From: the human T2T-CHM13v2.0 reference genome, Homo sapiens
Reading direction: 5' to 3' (one strand)
Length of the DNA: 64,000 nucleotides
NCBI RefSeq assembly: GCF_009914755.1
Contig: NC_060934.1
Shown: piece after piece, positions 1 to 15,090 of the stretch
Layout: every line of letters begins with the position of its first letter
How positions within the stretch are numbered: the first letter of the stretch is position 1
Made by a program: the position numbers and the translations under genes
The notes under the pieces: generated by a model
The model's input: the letters and a program-made list of their open reading frames with translations, nothing else
Database searches by the model: none
Told to the model about the DNA's origin: nothing

Positions 1-362
1 AGTTGAAGGCAAAACAGAACTCATCTCCCAGACTGCTTTAAAGAACAGACCCTGAGGCTGGGAGGCAGTGTCTCTCAAGACTGAGAAAATGGCTGAGTTT
101 ATTGAAAGGTTCAAATTCAAGGTCACATTGAGAAGAAATGGATCTAATAATGAGGTAAAAAGACCCTATCCCAGTATATTCTTTGGGTAAGAGAAAAAGA
201 GGCAGAGATAACACCGGCATACACTCTGGTCATCTAGTGTAAAGACAGAATCTCAAACACAAACTATTTTTTAAAAGACTCCAAGACCTCAATTCTGGAG
301 TTAGGGGAAGACCATCTTAAAAACTGTTGGTCAGGAGCTGACAGAGTGAAAGAATCATCCCA

Positions 363-440
363 AGGCTGAGGTGGGAAGATGGCTTGAGCCCAGGAGTTCA
401 AGACCAGCCTGGGTAACACTGTGAGACCCCTCTCAAAAAA
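363..440 (+). mobile_element. 5'-truncated Alu monomer fragment with TSD
   Basis: aggctgaggtgggaagatggcttgagcccaggagttcaagaccagcc...ctcaaaaaa flanked by aatcatccca on both sides. Confidence 0.8.
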
Positions 441-1785
441 TCATCCCAGGGCCAAGAAGAGGACAGGAAGACCCTGAAGATGAATGGGAAGAAAACATAA
501 GGCCTAGGTCTTCACCAAAGATGAGACACATCGAGGCCTTAGCAGAGGGTCTGGCACAGAGCAGATGACTACTAAATGTTAGCTGCTAGTAGTAGTGGCA
601 GTCATGTAGTAGCAGTAATAATGCCAGAAAGCTAGGCCCTTCCCCAAAGTCAGTCTCCAAGTTGTGGCCAAAAAACCCAAAATCAGTTTACTGTAATCTT
701 AAATGCTTCTTAATGATGAGGGCAGACTCTGTCCTCAACCTCTTTTATTGACACCATCTTCAATAGTTGTTGTGCCCTATTCTGTTAAGAGGTAGCCTAA
801 CACATTCCAGAGGAGGAGGCTGGAATAGAGAAATGTTGGGTAGGGATGCAGGGCAGAGCCTGTTTGTGTTCTTTGGCTTCAATCCATATGAAGGAAGCGC
901 ACAGACCATCTCCGGCCCTGAGAGCTTCTCTCTACCACCACCTCCACTCCAGTCTCCCAAAACCAGCAGAAGTCCACAAGCAACCATTAAGGCAAAGTCA
1001 CCAGCACACTTGTCATTTCTCACTGGCCATAGCACTTTCCTTCTATTCAGCCCACGGATACCCAGGTCTGGCTAACTGGCTTTTAAAAGGGCAGCATTAG
1101 GAAGAAACTGAGGAGGAGACAAAGCTCAATGGCTCCATTTTCCACTCTCCGCTCCCACACACTTAGCCTCTCCACTCCCTGCTGGTCTTTCCTTCCCTCT
1201 TTCCTACGATTGCTAGAATGATTTGTTTTGAACAGCGACAGGTTTATAGGTTAGCCGACACCTCTGCTCTGTGGAATTTTAATTAACTTCTCTCATCGTC
1301 AATATGCTAAGGAATGGGGTCTCCATTCTCCGGGGTCAGCAATGTGTTTCAGGTCCTGCTATATCAGCCGTCAAATTGAAGAATTAATGACGTGGCTAAT
1401 CGGCTCTAATTCTTAGAAAGAAAAAAAATTGAAAGGGAGTTGTGGAAGGGAGTAGGAGGAGGGGTGCAGGCTCCATGGGGTGAGGAGAAAGAAGCTGAAG
1501 GGACTAAACGAAGTGGGTAGGACCAAGTCTCTTATAAAATAAGCAACTGACTTAAACCTAATGTTGGAGGGTGGCAGCCCTACAGCTTTCACATTTCCAT
1601 GTGAGTAGGGTGAAGGAAGTGGACGAAGATCCTAGGAAAATGTTGTGATAGAACAGGTACAGGAGAGTCTATGTACTCTGCTGGGGAGGAGAGGGATTCT
1701 GTCTTGGTTCCAGAGAGCCTCGAAAGCAGAAGTCGGGATGCAAACCTCACTTGTCCATAGGTAAAGTTAGAGATATAACAGTCAG

Positions 1786-2342
<557 letters not shown>

Positions 2343-2884
2343 TCACACTTTTGCTACAATAATCAATGTTACTACTTCACATACATGTCTTTGTTTGAGG
2401 ACCCAGCTGGATCTGGGCCCCAAGCCTCTCCTGATGACTTAAGACTGTAAGGGATACTCCAGAGGACATTTTCCAAGGGGAACAAAGCAGACATGTGAGT
2501 TGTAAGAGCAGGTTGGCTGGTGCTGTCACCTCCGAGAGGTGGTGAGAGGCCTCTGCTTTGAGAATGACCCCAGAGGACAACTGTTCCAGAAGGGACACTT
2601 CTGGCTAACAGCTGGACTCTTAGTTATATTCTCATATAGTACTCTTTCCTTAACATTTCTGAGGTTAGATGCTTAGGAAATTCGCATTTAGAAGGTTATC
2701 TCAATCCCACGCATATATGAAGTGGCCTAAATAACTCAAATCTCTGGAGGATTAAAAAATCTCCAAGACAGTGACTCAAAGCAACCTAGAATACACAACA
2801 GGAAGATTTTCTAGCTCACCTGATCTAGTAAAATAAAAGCATTATTATACAGGACAAAACCACATCCAAATATGTCTCCCTTAC

Positions 2885-2979
2885 CTGAGTAATGGGCTGA
2901 TAGCAATGGACCAGACTCGGTCTTCAGTCTGGATGGTGTGTAAGCACTGCCCCAGCCGGCCTGAGGCCAAAGGCCACAC
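2885..2979 (-). CDS. FBXW4: FBXW4 coding exon 5 (95 nt), WD40 repeat; gene continues beyond window start
   Basis: Acceptor tcctgtttctag|GTG TGG. Translates VWPLASGRLGQCLHTIQTEDRVWSIAISPLL(S). Donor CAG|GTAAGG, phase 2. Confidence 0.96.
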
Positions 2980-4660
2980 CTAGAAACAGGAGAGGAGATG
3001 CTCTCGTTGGCATTGCCTGGGATCAGTGGGGAGGAGAGGTGCTCCGGGAGAGGTGACTGTTGGAGGTGGAGAAATGGGGAATCCTTTATGCCCTGCACAC
3101 ACAGAGCTCAGGTATCAGCAGAGGGGCCCCTGCAGCTTCTGGCTCACCTACCCCCGCAGATAGGCCCTAGCTCTCCATCCTAACTACCCTCTTTTACTTC
3201 CACTGACAGCCCTTACTTACCAGCCAACTTTACATTGGGGAATCAGAAGTTCCACATTCCTCAGCGGAGACTTGACTGAGAAGAAGTGGGTGGGTGGGGC
3301 TTGCCTCTTTTGACAGCTTTCCTGTATTTGTGGATTTTCCTTTCTCCCATCTCTCACCAAGATTTTACTTTGGAGAAGTAGGGAGAGGGAAGAAGATCAA
3401 GGCATAGTATAGGGGGACAGCAATAGAATTAGGGAGAGAAGTAAAAAGAAACATGCAAGGGAAGGAAAGAATGGAAGAAGAAGAGAGACTTCCAAGTGGG
3501 AAGGTGGTGTGTTGTTGTTTGTTTGTTGATAATGCCCAGGATCCAATACTATTCACGTCAGCAGGGAATTTAACACCTAGTGTCACCAAAAGTAGCAGAA
3601 AAGCTTAACTCTTTTAAGCTTCCATATCTCCTACAGGTTAAAAATATTGCTTGGAGCACATTATCTGGTCTCTATCAGTCAGGAATGTACATTAGCAGCC
3701 ACTCTGGGCTTAACTCTAATCAACACTCACAGAGCCCTCTCAGCAGTCAGTGCATTTAGACATCTCCCATTAAGCACAGGGCTCCCCCCTCACTTCACCC
3801 TACCCTAGATGACACACACAGGGACATAAGCCCCTAACCAAACAGAAAGGAAATCTCAGACGTACAGGGCTATCCCAAGACAGCAGCAACAGAGGGATCC
3901 AGAGGCAGCCAGATGGATCAGTGACCTCTTAAGGTCCCAGCAGTGCTATAAGGGGAACACACAAAACTCAGGCAGGACCTTAGATGGAAGAACTTTAAAG
4001 GAAACATTCCTTGAGTTTAAAGGGTAGGTGATGGAGTAGGGGTGGTCCTGCCTTCTTAAGAGTCACATGATAACTCTTCCCTATAAAAGGAGAAAGTGTT
4101 TTTTAGAGTTTGTGTGTATGATGGGGGTGGGGGATGGGATGATTGTGTGAGTTACTTTTCCCAACACAGTGAAAAGAAAATAAACATACTAAGAGGATCC
4201 TAAATGAGGAGGGGCAGAAAACAAAGGTAAACACCACAACTTTTCCTGAGTGCCATGATTCTGGCCTACTCTTTGGACTCCATAGTCAGTCCTCTTTGGC
4301 AATAACTAGATACATTTCCAATGTACTCTTTTAGGCAGCCCAGCTAAAAAGACAGCTTTGCCTTTTCCCTGACACAAACTCCCTGGGAGGCAGATTCTTT
4401 CTTAGGGGGTGAGGAAACACTAAGGACTCTGATTACAAAATCTATGGGGAAGGCCTAGGCCTGAATTCACTAATGTCCTCCACGGAAAGGGAAGGTTGAT
4501 TCCTAGATTCTGCAAACCACAGAACAAGGTTCTTGGTCTCCAGGAGCGGCTGAGGAAGCATGCCACCAATTCTGAGCAAGATCTTAGGAAAGTGGCCCTC
4601 CTGGCTTGGCCCAGCAGCACATCACCCTCCAGAAACATGAGATTCCATCCTGGCACCTGA

Positions 4661-5053
<393 letters not shown>

Positions 5054-5244
5054 GGGAGTGGACATTTATACAGTTCTTTTAAAAAGCAGACTGGTGATAC
5101 GCATCACAACTTTTAAAATGACCACAGGCTTTAACTCAGTAATTTTGTTGCTGAAAATCTATCCTAAAGAAAATAATCCTAAAACAAAAGAAAAACCTAA
5201 ATGGTAAAATATTCCCTGCAGCATGCAATTGCAGAGAAAGCATG

Positions 5245-5445
5245 CATAGGCTTTGGCATCTGATCAATCTGGATTTGAACCCCAGTTGCTACTTATTATC
5301 TTTGATCTTAATGGTAACTTCTTAGCTTCCGTGTCCACATGTGTTAAATGGGAAATGATGCCTATCTCAGGGTTATAGTGTGGAAAAGTGGAGATAAGTA
5401 TAAGGCATCTAGCACAGCAGCAAAGTATTTGGCAGGTATCAGGCA
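5245..5445. mobile_element. MIR fragment
   Basis: ggctttggcatctga...ctggatttgaaccccagtt...taaatgggaaatgat...ctatctcagggtt resembles the MIR core. Confidence 0.6.
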
Positions 5446-7913
5446 AACAATAATGGTGATTCTTATTACAATAAATCTTCCCTTCTAAGCCAGATGTGAT
5501 CTGATCTCTCCACCCTCTACACTTTCTGGCTCTTGCCCTAGAGCTTTATACTCCACAGTCCTAGCCACTTCCAATCAGCTCCCTGGCCAGGTACGCACAT
5601 CTCTTCTCATCCTAAGGATAAGAGGCTTTATCTCCCTTACTTCTGAAGAGCCCAGGTGCCTCTGTACCAAGCCTCACACACAGTAGGCACTCATAAGAAA
5701 GAATAGAGAAATAAAGAAGGAAATGAAGGAATGGTTAGTACCAGCCCAGGCTCATTAAGAACATAAGCTACCAGCTGTTCACATCTCAGGATGGGGCTGG
5801 CCCCACTAAAGCCCAGAGACACAATCCAAGCTAAGTCACAATAAACCTGAAACTGGGCTTGTGGGGAGGGGAAGGAAGAGGGTTCTTTGGACAGTCCCTA
5901 GCTCAGATGTCTTGCAAAGAGATTGTTTTACTTCCCTTTACCCCATAAAATAAATCTCTTTCCTAAAATACAGTACATATTTGGGAAACTCCCCAAAAAT
6001 AGATGGTTACAGGCAAATATCACTGCAAATTCTTATGAAGGTTCAGGTGTATTAGAAGCCTGGAGAAGCAGCTGTAGAATTTCAGATGCCACTGAAAAGA
6101 AATGATGTTTCAGTTATAAAAGACAAACTGAATACAATAGTAATGTAGAAATGGCTCAGGATAACAAAGGTGGCTGGATGCAAAGACAACAACAGAAAGG
6201 AGGGAAACCCAGGCAGCATCCGGAAAGCCAGGAAAGAAGAGTTGGCAGAGAAGTCACAGGGGAGCTGCAAACCAGCTGACCAGCTTGCAGGACCAGAGAA
6301 GAGAATTCTGTCACTGACCTAAAAGAAATCCTCAGAAGGAAGAAGATGGACTGTGGTGACAATTTTAGAAGGAAGCACTTATTTTAGATCTTTTTAAAAA
6401 TCTAAGATACTAAATAGGGCTAAATCAGTACTTAAACATGAAATTAACCCAGTATCTCAAATAAACTTGCTATTCTTCGTCAACTGTAAGTAATCCATGC
6501 CCTCAGATTGCTACCTATGGTTATAAAGCTTAGTTTTATACTGTTCTGGGTGTCAGACCACAGAGAATAGAAGAAAGAGGTGTCACTGAAAAGGAGGAAC
6601 TTGAGTAAGCCTGAAGCCATGACAGGAAGATGGCTAGAATAAGACAGGAGTACCTAGGTCACACATGCCACAAAAGGTTTCTATGCAAATTGACTTTTGA
6701 GCAGTATAACAGGTTTAGGCCAGAATCTTTTCAAGGAATGGTACAAAGACAGTGACCAATCAGAAGCCTGAAGTAAGTATGAAGTAGGGTAATAGGAAGC
6801 AAGTGACAGGAAATTCAGTTTCCATGTTGGTTCAAAAGATATGCTGGATTTTTCTCAAGCTTCCTGTGCTGGTGTGAGTACAAAGTAAGGCAGAAAACAG
6901 TAAAGGGAGGAGAAACTTCCATAAAAAGAAGGGAACATATTTAGCCCTTCTTTTTACATAAATTAGCAATATTTCTATATGGAGGTGTAATCACCAGAGG
7001 GTACATGCAGTCAGAGAAGTTACTGAGTAAAGATTGCAATTTCCCTCTCCTGAGTCCTCTCCCTATGTGTTTTAGAGGCCCATTTGCTGACACACCAGCA
7101 AGCATTTTTTTCCTGTTAGCACTATGGAACCTAGATGCTAGGAAATACATAACAAGACACTATTGGGCCTCCTGCACCACCAACTGAATTGTCAGCAAAG
7201 TTCCCACAGCAACCCTAAAGGACCAGGCCTGTGCAGGCCCTGGCTAGGGCTGTTGGGCACAAGCCTGGAGAAAGACTTCTCTGCTCACAGGTGGAAGCCT
7301 ATTTGATCCAGATGTGGATGAGTCCATGAAGCCAGTGTCATGCTATTTATCAGCCTTACTTTCTTTTATGCCTTGGTGGATATCTGTGGACCGGGCAATT
7401 TGGCAAAGATGCAACAAACAACACCCCTCTCTCATCGTCTCTGCTGCTTACTGACCACATCACTCTCCAGAGAAGCAGTGAAAACACATTTTAATTATCA
7501 GCCTGATTGCTTATAAACAAGGTGGTGAAAAATTAACCTCCCTAAACAGAGAGCAGGCAAAAGGAGGGAGATTTTAAAATAAAATATTAGGGTCAGAACT
7601 CAACCCACAAACTTGAGGAAACGCAACTCAGGGAGGAAAGGCTGCCAGGTCCTCTGTTTTTGAGTTCACGCCACATTGCAAGTGAGTGGCAACCTTCCCA
7701 GCCACTGTCCACTCCTTTCCCAGTCCAGCTGGCAGGGACAACGCCTGGCATGGCAAGCTGCATGCCAGAGGCACATAAGTGAGTCCTTTATTGTGTCGTT
7801 TTCTCCCCTGTCCCCAGACGATACTCTCAGCCAATCCTGAGACTCAGGGATCTATCCACCCCCTCCCTATAGACAGGAGGGAGTAATAGTATGTAAGGGG
7901 GAGACCACCTCAC

Positions 7914-8046
7914 CTTGGCCGTCCTGTCCCTGGAGCCACTCACAATGATGCCCCCTTTGCAATCCACACAGTTCACCTCCTGTTCATGAGCCGAGTACTT
8001 GACAGTGAAGGTGCTGTGAATCTTATGAATGCCAATCTTCCCATCC
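7914..8046 (-). CDS. FBXW4: FBXW4 coding exon 4 (133 nt), WD40 repeat
   Basis: Acceptor tttctctcctag|G GAT GGG. Translates DGKIGIHKIHSTFTVKYSAHEQEVNCVDCKGGIIVSGSRDRTAK (SGSRD WD40 motif). Donor AAG|GTGAGG, phase 0. Confidence 0.97.
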
Positions 8047-8486
8047 CTAGGAGAGAAATAAGGAGCCGACCCCCAAGAACCAATTATTCTTTCTGTAGAA
8101 AGAGAACAACTCTCCAGAAACAGCCCAAGTCTCCAGTGACATCCAAATTTGCTAAGCATTAGACAATTCAGCCCAGTAAGGTGCTGACTTTCTAGATACC
8201 TTTACTTCTTCAGCACACCTGGGGCTGAACAGAGCTGAGAGAAAAAATATATTTTCCCCTGGAGAATATCAAAACCAGCTTCACTTTTCATTAGAAGCTC
8301 TTCCTGTTTTCCTTCTCCAGCTAACCCTATTAACTCCTTTTGGTAAAATCTCTCTGCTTTAAATGGAAAACCCTTCTGGTCTCCCTCCTCATCCCTTTGG
8401 AGTTAAGACAGAAAAGTCAGAGGCAGGCAGAATGTCCCCGAAGTATAAGATGGAAAAGGGTGGAAGGAGAAACCTATAGCACTTAC

Positions 8487-8672
8487 CCTCCTGCACTAAC
8501 AATATGCGAGTTGGCCAGCACAAAGTGGCAAACGTCCTCATCATGCCCAGCAAAGACTCCCAGAGGCCGACGATTCAAGCTGGCACCATCTGGACGGAAC
8601 TGGTAGGCCAGGATGAAATTAGCCTGGGATATGTACAGAGAATCATCCTCTAGCTGCATCCAGGGCATCTGA
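8487..8672 (-). CDS. FBXW4: FBXW4 coding exon 3 (186 nt), start of WD40 region
   Basis: Acceptor ttttccatcatttcag|T CAG ATG. Translates QMPWMQLEDDSLYISQANFILAYQFRPDGASLNRRPLGVFAGHDEDVCHFVLANSHIVSAG(G), containing the WD40 GH motif. Donor GG|GTAAGT. Confidence 0.96.
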
Positions 8673-9033
8673 CTGAAATGATGGAAAAGAAAATTTAAAA
8701 GTCATCAAGATACAGTATGAAAACTCAACTCCAATCTTTGAAGAAGCTGACCAATCCCCAACTTAGTAAGGATAACCAACAAGGCTTATTATCTATACTT
8801 GATACCCTCCTTCAAAATTACCTGCCCATCAGCTATCCTCAGAAAACTAGAGTAACTGAGCCTTGTGGTGATCTAAACTTCCCTGGACTTTGTAAAAGAG
8901 ACTCAAAATTAAAAGACCAACTAAATACCACTTTTAATTGGAGAATATTTAATATTTCAATTACTGGCTACCTAGACTTCTCATGGGTACGCAGAGCTTA
9001 CAAAATTCAACGGTCAAGGGGTGAGAAGGGTCA

Positions 9034-9429
<396 letters not shown>

Positions 9430-11339
9430 CTAGGATTCCCATACATACCTCTTCCGCAATAGATCAGTTAAGGTGTGATGGAGAAAAGAGAAGAATAAAC
9501 CTAGGGAAGCCCCATTCCCTTATTCTGTTAGAGCTAAGGGGTCATTTATAAGTGAAAGGAATGAAGCCATTTAGGAAAGGATGCTAATGTACTGATTAGA
9601 TACCTAGATCCTCACAGGGATATCTACATTTCTGTATTAGAGAGTAAGTGTGGCAATGGAAAAACACAGCCCCAGAGCATTCTGCTACAGTTCAGGGGCT
9701 ACAGAGAAAGTCAGCTCTCACAGGCAACTGATAAGAGAAATCCACAAATAGTTAGATTCCCTCTGCAATCTGACAGGAGGAAGAAAGGCTAGAAGCCACA
9801 GACAAGTCCTGTGGCAGGGAATGAGACTTAAGAAGAAAGAAGACTGTCAGATACTAGGCTCTCTGGTGGAAACTAAGCCCCTTTCCCAAGGTGGACATCC
9901 CACCTGTCCTATTCTACATAGGGGTTCTGGAGTTACCAGGTCCCAAGAAAAGCACAGGGACAGCTGACTCATCCCCAAGAACAGCCACCATCTCCTATTC
10001 CCAAGCCTGTCTGAGTAAACTGGGCTGTGTTTCTTCCCCAGACTCGTACAAGTGTCATGGGAATGTGGAAAAGTTCTGCAAATTGACTTGACGGGCCATT
10101 AAATGCAGCTTAGACTTTGTAGTAACTGAGTTTCTGCTCATGAGGTTTTTACAAGTGTGTGCATATATTACATGGAACATGTGTAGAGTGTGTACAGATG
10201 CCTGCTCTCTCACTCATTATGCACATTCCTCTTCAATATCCCCTTGCGTGAGTGTGTGGCACACTCAAGTAGGCAGCAAACAGAGAGGGTGGGAATTTTT
10301 GTGTTTAGAGCCATCTGGTAAACAGCCATTTGCCTAGGACAAGAAACCAGGTTCATGCCAGGTGAACAGTGGAGAATCCCAGGGCAGCCTGGTAACTGTT
10401 CTGTGTGTTTATTTGCCAAACTGCTTGAAACTAGCCCCAAAAGGCAAATGTGGGAAGCAGAGGGTAAAGTCCTTCATCATAAAAATCCGTCTTTCTCTCC
10501 TGTAGTTTCTTTACCATCATCACCACCACTACCCAATACCACATTATTCACAGTATCTGATGCCAGTGAAACCAGTGCAAACTGGATGCAAGCAGGAAAG
10601 AAAGGTTCATCAGATGAAGAGGGCCGCCTGTGTCTTCAGCACAGGTACAGGTCACTCTGGAATGTGGAATCATGATGTTCCCTATCCATTGCAACCAATC
10701 AACAAGGAGCAATTTTTTGGTAGAGAGTCAAATAATAACTATGAAATCATTTAGCACCAATGAAGCATAAAAATTGGTAGCATTAGCAGTGCCACAGGCA
10801 TTTTCTAAATTTCCTTATACTTGCTCTAAGCTCTAACTCCTGTAACATATATATCCAAACCTTTAGATCCTACCCTGCCTTTTAATAAAGTAGGGGAGAG
10901 GACTCAGGGAAGCCAAGAATGAAGAAGTAACTCCATAGAGTAGAAGATTTAAATAAAAATATTTGTAAAATAAGATGAATTGAAACCTTGATTTATTTCC
11001 TTTGATGGCATATGTTAACAGAGGTTACCTCTGAGTGGTGGAGTTACAGGTTAGTTTTATTTTCTTCTTTAGAATTTTCTTTTTCTTCAAATTTCTAAAA
11101 TAAGCATTGATTTCTTTATAATCATAAAAAAAGTCATTTGTTAAAGTACATTTCTTGTATTCCCTTCTTTAAAATGTGAAAAAGTTGTCCTTCTGATGCC
11201 CCCTTTGTGTTATTCAAAGGCTCACCAGTGCCCACCCACCCAAGATAGCCCCATTAGCCTCTATGTAGGACCAGATTTTTTACTTTCCATTATGCTTTTA
11301 TGTCCCAAGTAGCTTTTAAAAAGTCAAGAGGCTACTTGC

Positions 11340-11435
11340 CTGCATCTCCACTTCAGCAGAATCCCCTCTCGGCAGCGCCCCAGTCTCCAGTTCTGAGACA
11401 CCTTCACTCGTTCCTTCACTGGGACACTGGTCATC
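11340..11435 (-). CDS. FBXW4: FBXW4 coding exon 2 (96 nt)
   Basis: Acceptor catag|G ATG ACC. Translates (L)MTSVPVKERVKVSQNWRLGRCREGILLKWRC(S). Donor CAG|GCAAGT (GC type). Phase 2-2, matching exons 1 and 3. Confidence 0.93.
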
Positions 11436-11639
11436 CTATGTCCAGACAGAACAGATAATCCAATCACTACAACTTATTGCCAACCACAGAAAATTTCATG
11501 GGCTTACTGAGTCAGGATTCAGGAGCATCCAGAATACAAGTAAAGAGATTAGGAGACCAGGAAGGAGTAACTGTTCTCTCTCCATACTTGACTAAGAAAG
11601 CCAAGGAGAAAAGCCTGTCCTTTAAACTATCAAAAATGT

Positions 11640-12950
11640 TCACAGTGATGCCAAAGCAATCTAATGGAGAATGCATGACAATCCTGGAACCACTGGATGT
11701 CCAGATTGGGAAAAAAAAAAAAAAAAAAAAAAAAAATGAAATGAATCCTGACCCCTACCTCACACCATACAGGAAAAGTAATTCAAAACAGATCATAAAC
11801 TTAAAATCTAAAACTATAAAGCTGTCAGAAGAAAATATATAAAAACATCTCTCAGACTAAGAAGGTAGACATAGATTTCTTAGGACACAGAAAGCAATAA
11901 CAGAAAATAAAAATCCAGTAAATCAGACTTCATCAAATCCAAAACATCTGCTCACCAAAATGAATACACAAGCCGTCGTCTGGGAGAAAAGATTCACAGA
12001 ATGTATATCTGACAGGAATTTGTACCGTGATGAGGAAGTCCTCTTTGTATTTGTTCATATATTTTTAGAAGACCAATAAGAAACTCTCCTACATTGTTGG
12101 TGGGAAAGCAAAATGGTACAGCCATTTTGGGAAAAGGTCTGGCAGTTTATTATAAATCTAAACATATGTGTACTCTATGACCTAGGAATAACCTTAGAGA
12201 AACAAAAAGACTTACACAAGAATGTTCATAGGAATTTCAGTCATAATAGCCAAAAGTGGTAAACAGCCCAGGCATCCATCAACAGGAAAGTGGATAAACA
12301 CACTAGGGTAGGTTCATATAATGGAATACTACTCAGCAAAAAAAAGGAAAGAAGTACTGATACACAACATAATGTGGATGAATCACAGAAACATTATGTT
12401 GAATGAAATAAATCTTACACAAAAGAAATCGTAGTGTATGATTTCATTTACATGAAGCTTGAGAAGAGAGACAACTAACCTATGATGAAAAAATCAGAAC
12501 AGTCATTACTACCAGGATAGGGATGGAGACTGACTAGGAAAGAACATATGGAAACTTTGAGGTAATAGTCTATATTTAAGTCTTGAGGGGGTTTGGGTTA
12601 TACAAGTTTATATGCATTTGTCAGAAATGGACCAAATGTGCAGGATGTAGTGGCTCACAACTGTAATCTCAACACTTTGGGAGGCCAAGATGGGAGGATC
12701 ACTTGAGCCCAGGAATTCGAGGTTACAGTGAGCAGTGATTCCACCACTGCACTCCAGCCTAGGCAACAGAATAAGACTCCCTCTCTAAAAAAAAAAAAAG
12801 AGAAAAGAAATACATCAAATGATACACAAGATTTGTGCAGTTTACTCAAATATAAATTCACTGTATATATTTTTTTCTTAAAAAAAAAAACCCATAAACT
12901 AATATACTCTAGTCAATGATATGTATGCACACTGAAGCCTTTAGGGATAA
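11640..12950 (+). mobile_element. Old L1M ORF2-end/3' fragment with an embedded Alu fragment (~12640-12800)
   Basis: L1-like cctacctcacaccataca, cattgttggtgggaaagcaaaatggtacagccattttgg, aatggaatactactcagca. Confidence 0.75.
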
Positions 12951-13371
12951 ATGTACTGATATCTGTAACTTATTTTAAAATGCATGATAAAGCAAATACA
13001 GCCAAATATTAATTGTAGAACCTAGGTGGTGCATATATGAGTGTTCATGGTACAATTCATTCAACTTTTCTGAGTTTTAAATTCTTCAAAACATTGGAGG
13101 GCGAGTGTCAATAGTACTTTCTGGGTGAGCTGAGTTAACAGCAATAAGAGAAGAGAGCACACAAGCTACAGGAATGGCACTGTTTGGGGATGGGTTAATA
13201 GGCAATAGGGAGAAGAGCTCTAAGCCCCTTACAGAGTACGCCTTTGAAGAGAATTTTGAAATCATGAGCAAGAATTTGAAAATTCCACTTTAGGTTCCCA
13301 TATATCTCCTGTGTCTCCTTAGCTTGCTCCACTGCCCATACAAGGTACACTGCTTGGGACAAGAGTGATAA

Positions 13372-13727
<356 letters not shown>

Positions 13728-14734
13728 AGATACACTCATTTATTCGAGCCTCTACTTATACCGTCACATTTGCCAAATTTTACTAAAAGCCAGCAAGCAA
13801 GTCCAGCTTTCAAGATTCTAATGGACACAGGTTAGAAAGAATGGTTTTGGCAGGCAGAAAGAAGATACCTAATTCACTTTTAGCTAAATAATATTCTGCC
13901 TCCTGGTGTTATTTCACTTATTTATTCATATAGAATAATTATTTTTGGTTAATAAAGTAGTAAATGCACAGGATAAAAAAACACACACACACAGATAGTA
14001 TGAAAGGTTAACAATGAAAAGTGAGTCTTTCTCGAAACCCCTAGCCAAGACTCTCCCTCTCTAGAGGCAACTATGTATTCACTGTAGATAAGTATATATG
14101 CATGTTGCCCAGGCTGGTCTCCAACACCTGGCCTCAAGCAATCCTCCTGCCTTGGCCCAGGCTGGTCTCCAACACCTGGCCTCAAGCAATCCTCCTGCAT
14201 CTGGCCAGCTGAATACTATTTTTAAATTATACAGAATGTTATAAATCTCTCTGGATCATTATTCCAATTGTAATTTATTTAACCAACATTTAATGTGGTG
14301 CTCACAATATGCCAGGCACTGTTTTCATTTGCCCAATGCCTTACGCATATCAGTAAGTGCTCATAAAGAGCAATTATAATTCTTATATTTCTAGAAAGTA
14401 TATTCTTTTCAATTGGAAATAAGCAATAAGCAACTGTCTTTGATTTTAAAAAAAGAAAGCAAGAAATGGCCCAAACTGATATGAATTTAATATATAACAA
14501 ACAGAAAATTGTAAACTAAGGAAATAAATCACTTTAATTAGTGCTATTGGGTTTGTATAGCAAGTTGACTTCATGAGAAGGAAAGGAGAGAGGGAATAAG
14601 AATATGCATGGCTAGAAAGAACACTGGAAGGATAAAATAAAACACCCATAGTTAACTGTGGATAGTCAACTTTGGGTGTTTTTATTTTCTCCTTTATGCT
14701 TTTACATATTTTCTAATTTTTCTTTTTCCTTTTT

Positions 14735-15090
14735 AAAATTTTTTTACTTTCAATAGCTTTAGGGGTACAAATGGTTTTTGGTTACATGGATGAATTGTAC
14801 AATGATGAAGTCTGGACTTTTAGTATGCCAGTCACCTGAATAGCGTACACTGTACCCAGTAGGTAATTTTTCTATCACTTACCCCCCCACCTTCCTCCCT
14901 TCTGAATCTCCAATGTCCATTACACCACTCTGTACGCCTGTGTGTACCCATGCCTTAGCTCCCACTTATAAGTGAGAACATGTAGTATTTGGTTTTCACT
15001 CCTGCATTACTTCATTTAGGATAATGGCCTCCAATTCCATCCAAGTTGCACAAAAGTCATTATTTCATTCCTTTTTATGGCTGAGTAATA
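14735..15090 (-). mobile_element. L1 3' end fragment (L1PB/L1MA-like)
   Basis: ttagctcccacttataagtgagaacatg...ataatggcctccaattccatccaagttgc...tttttatggctgagta. Confidence 0.8.

Noticed and set aside
7745-7770. Possible p63/p53 element (CATG...CATG)
   Set aside because: The cores are 8 nt apart rather than the canonical 6, and the flanks fit poorly.
7827-8159. 110-aa ORF as a stand-alone gene
   Set aside because: Only 7914-8046 is exon 4; the rest is intronic read-through past clear splice sites.
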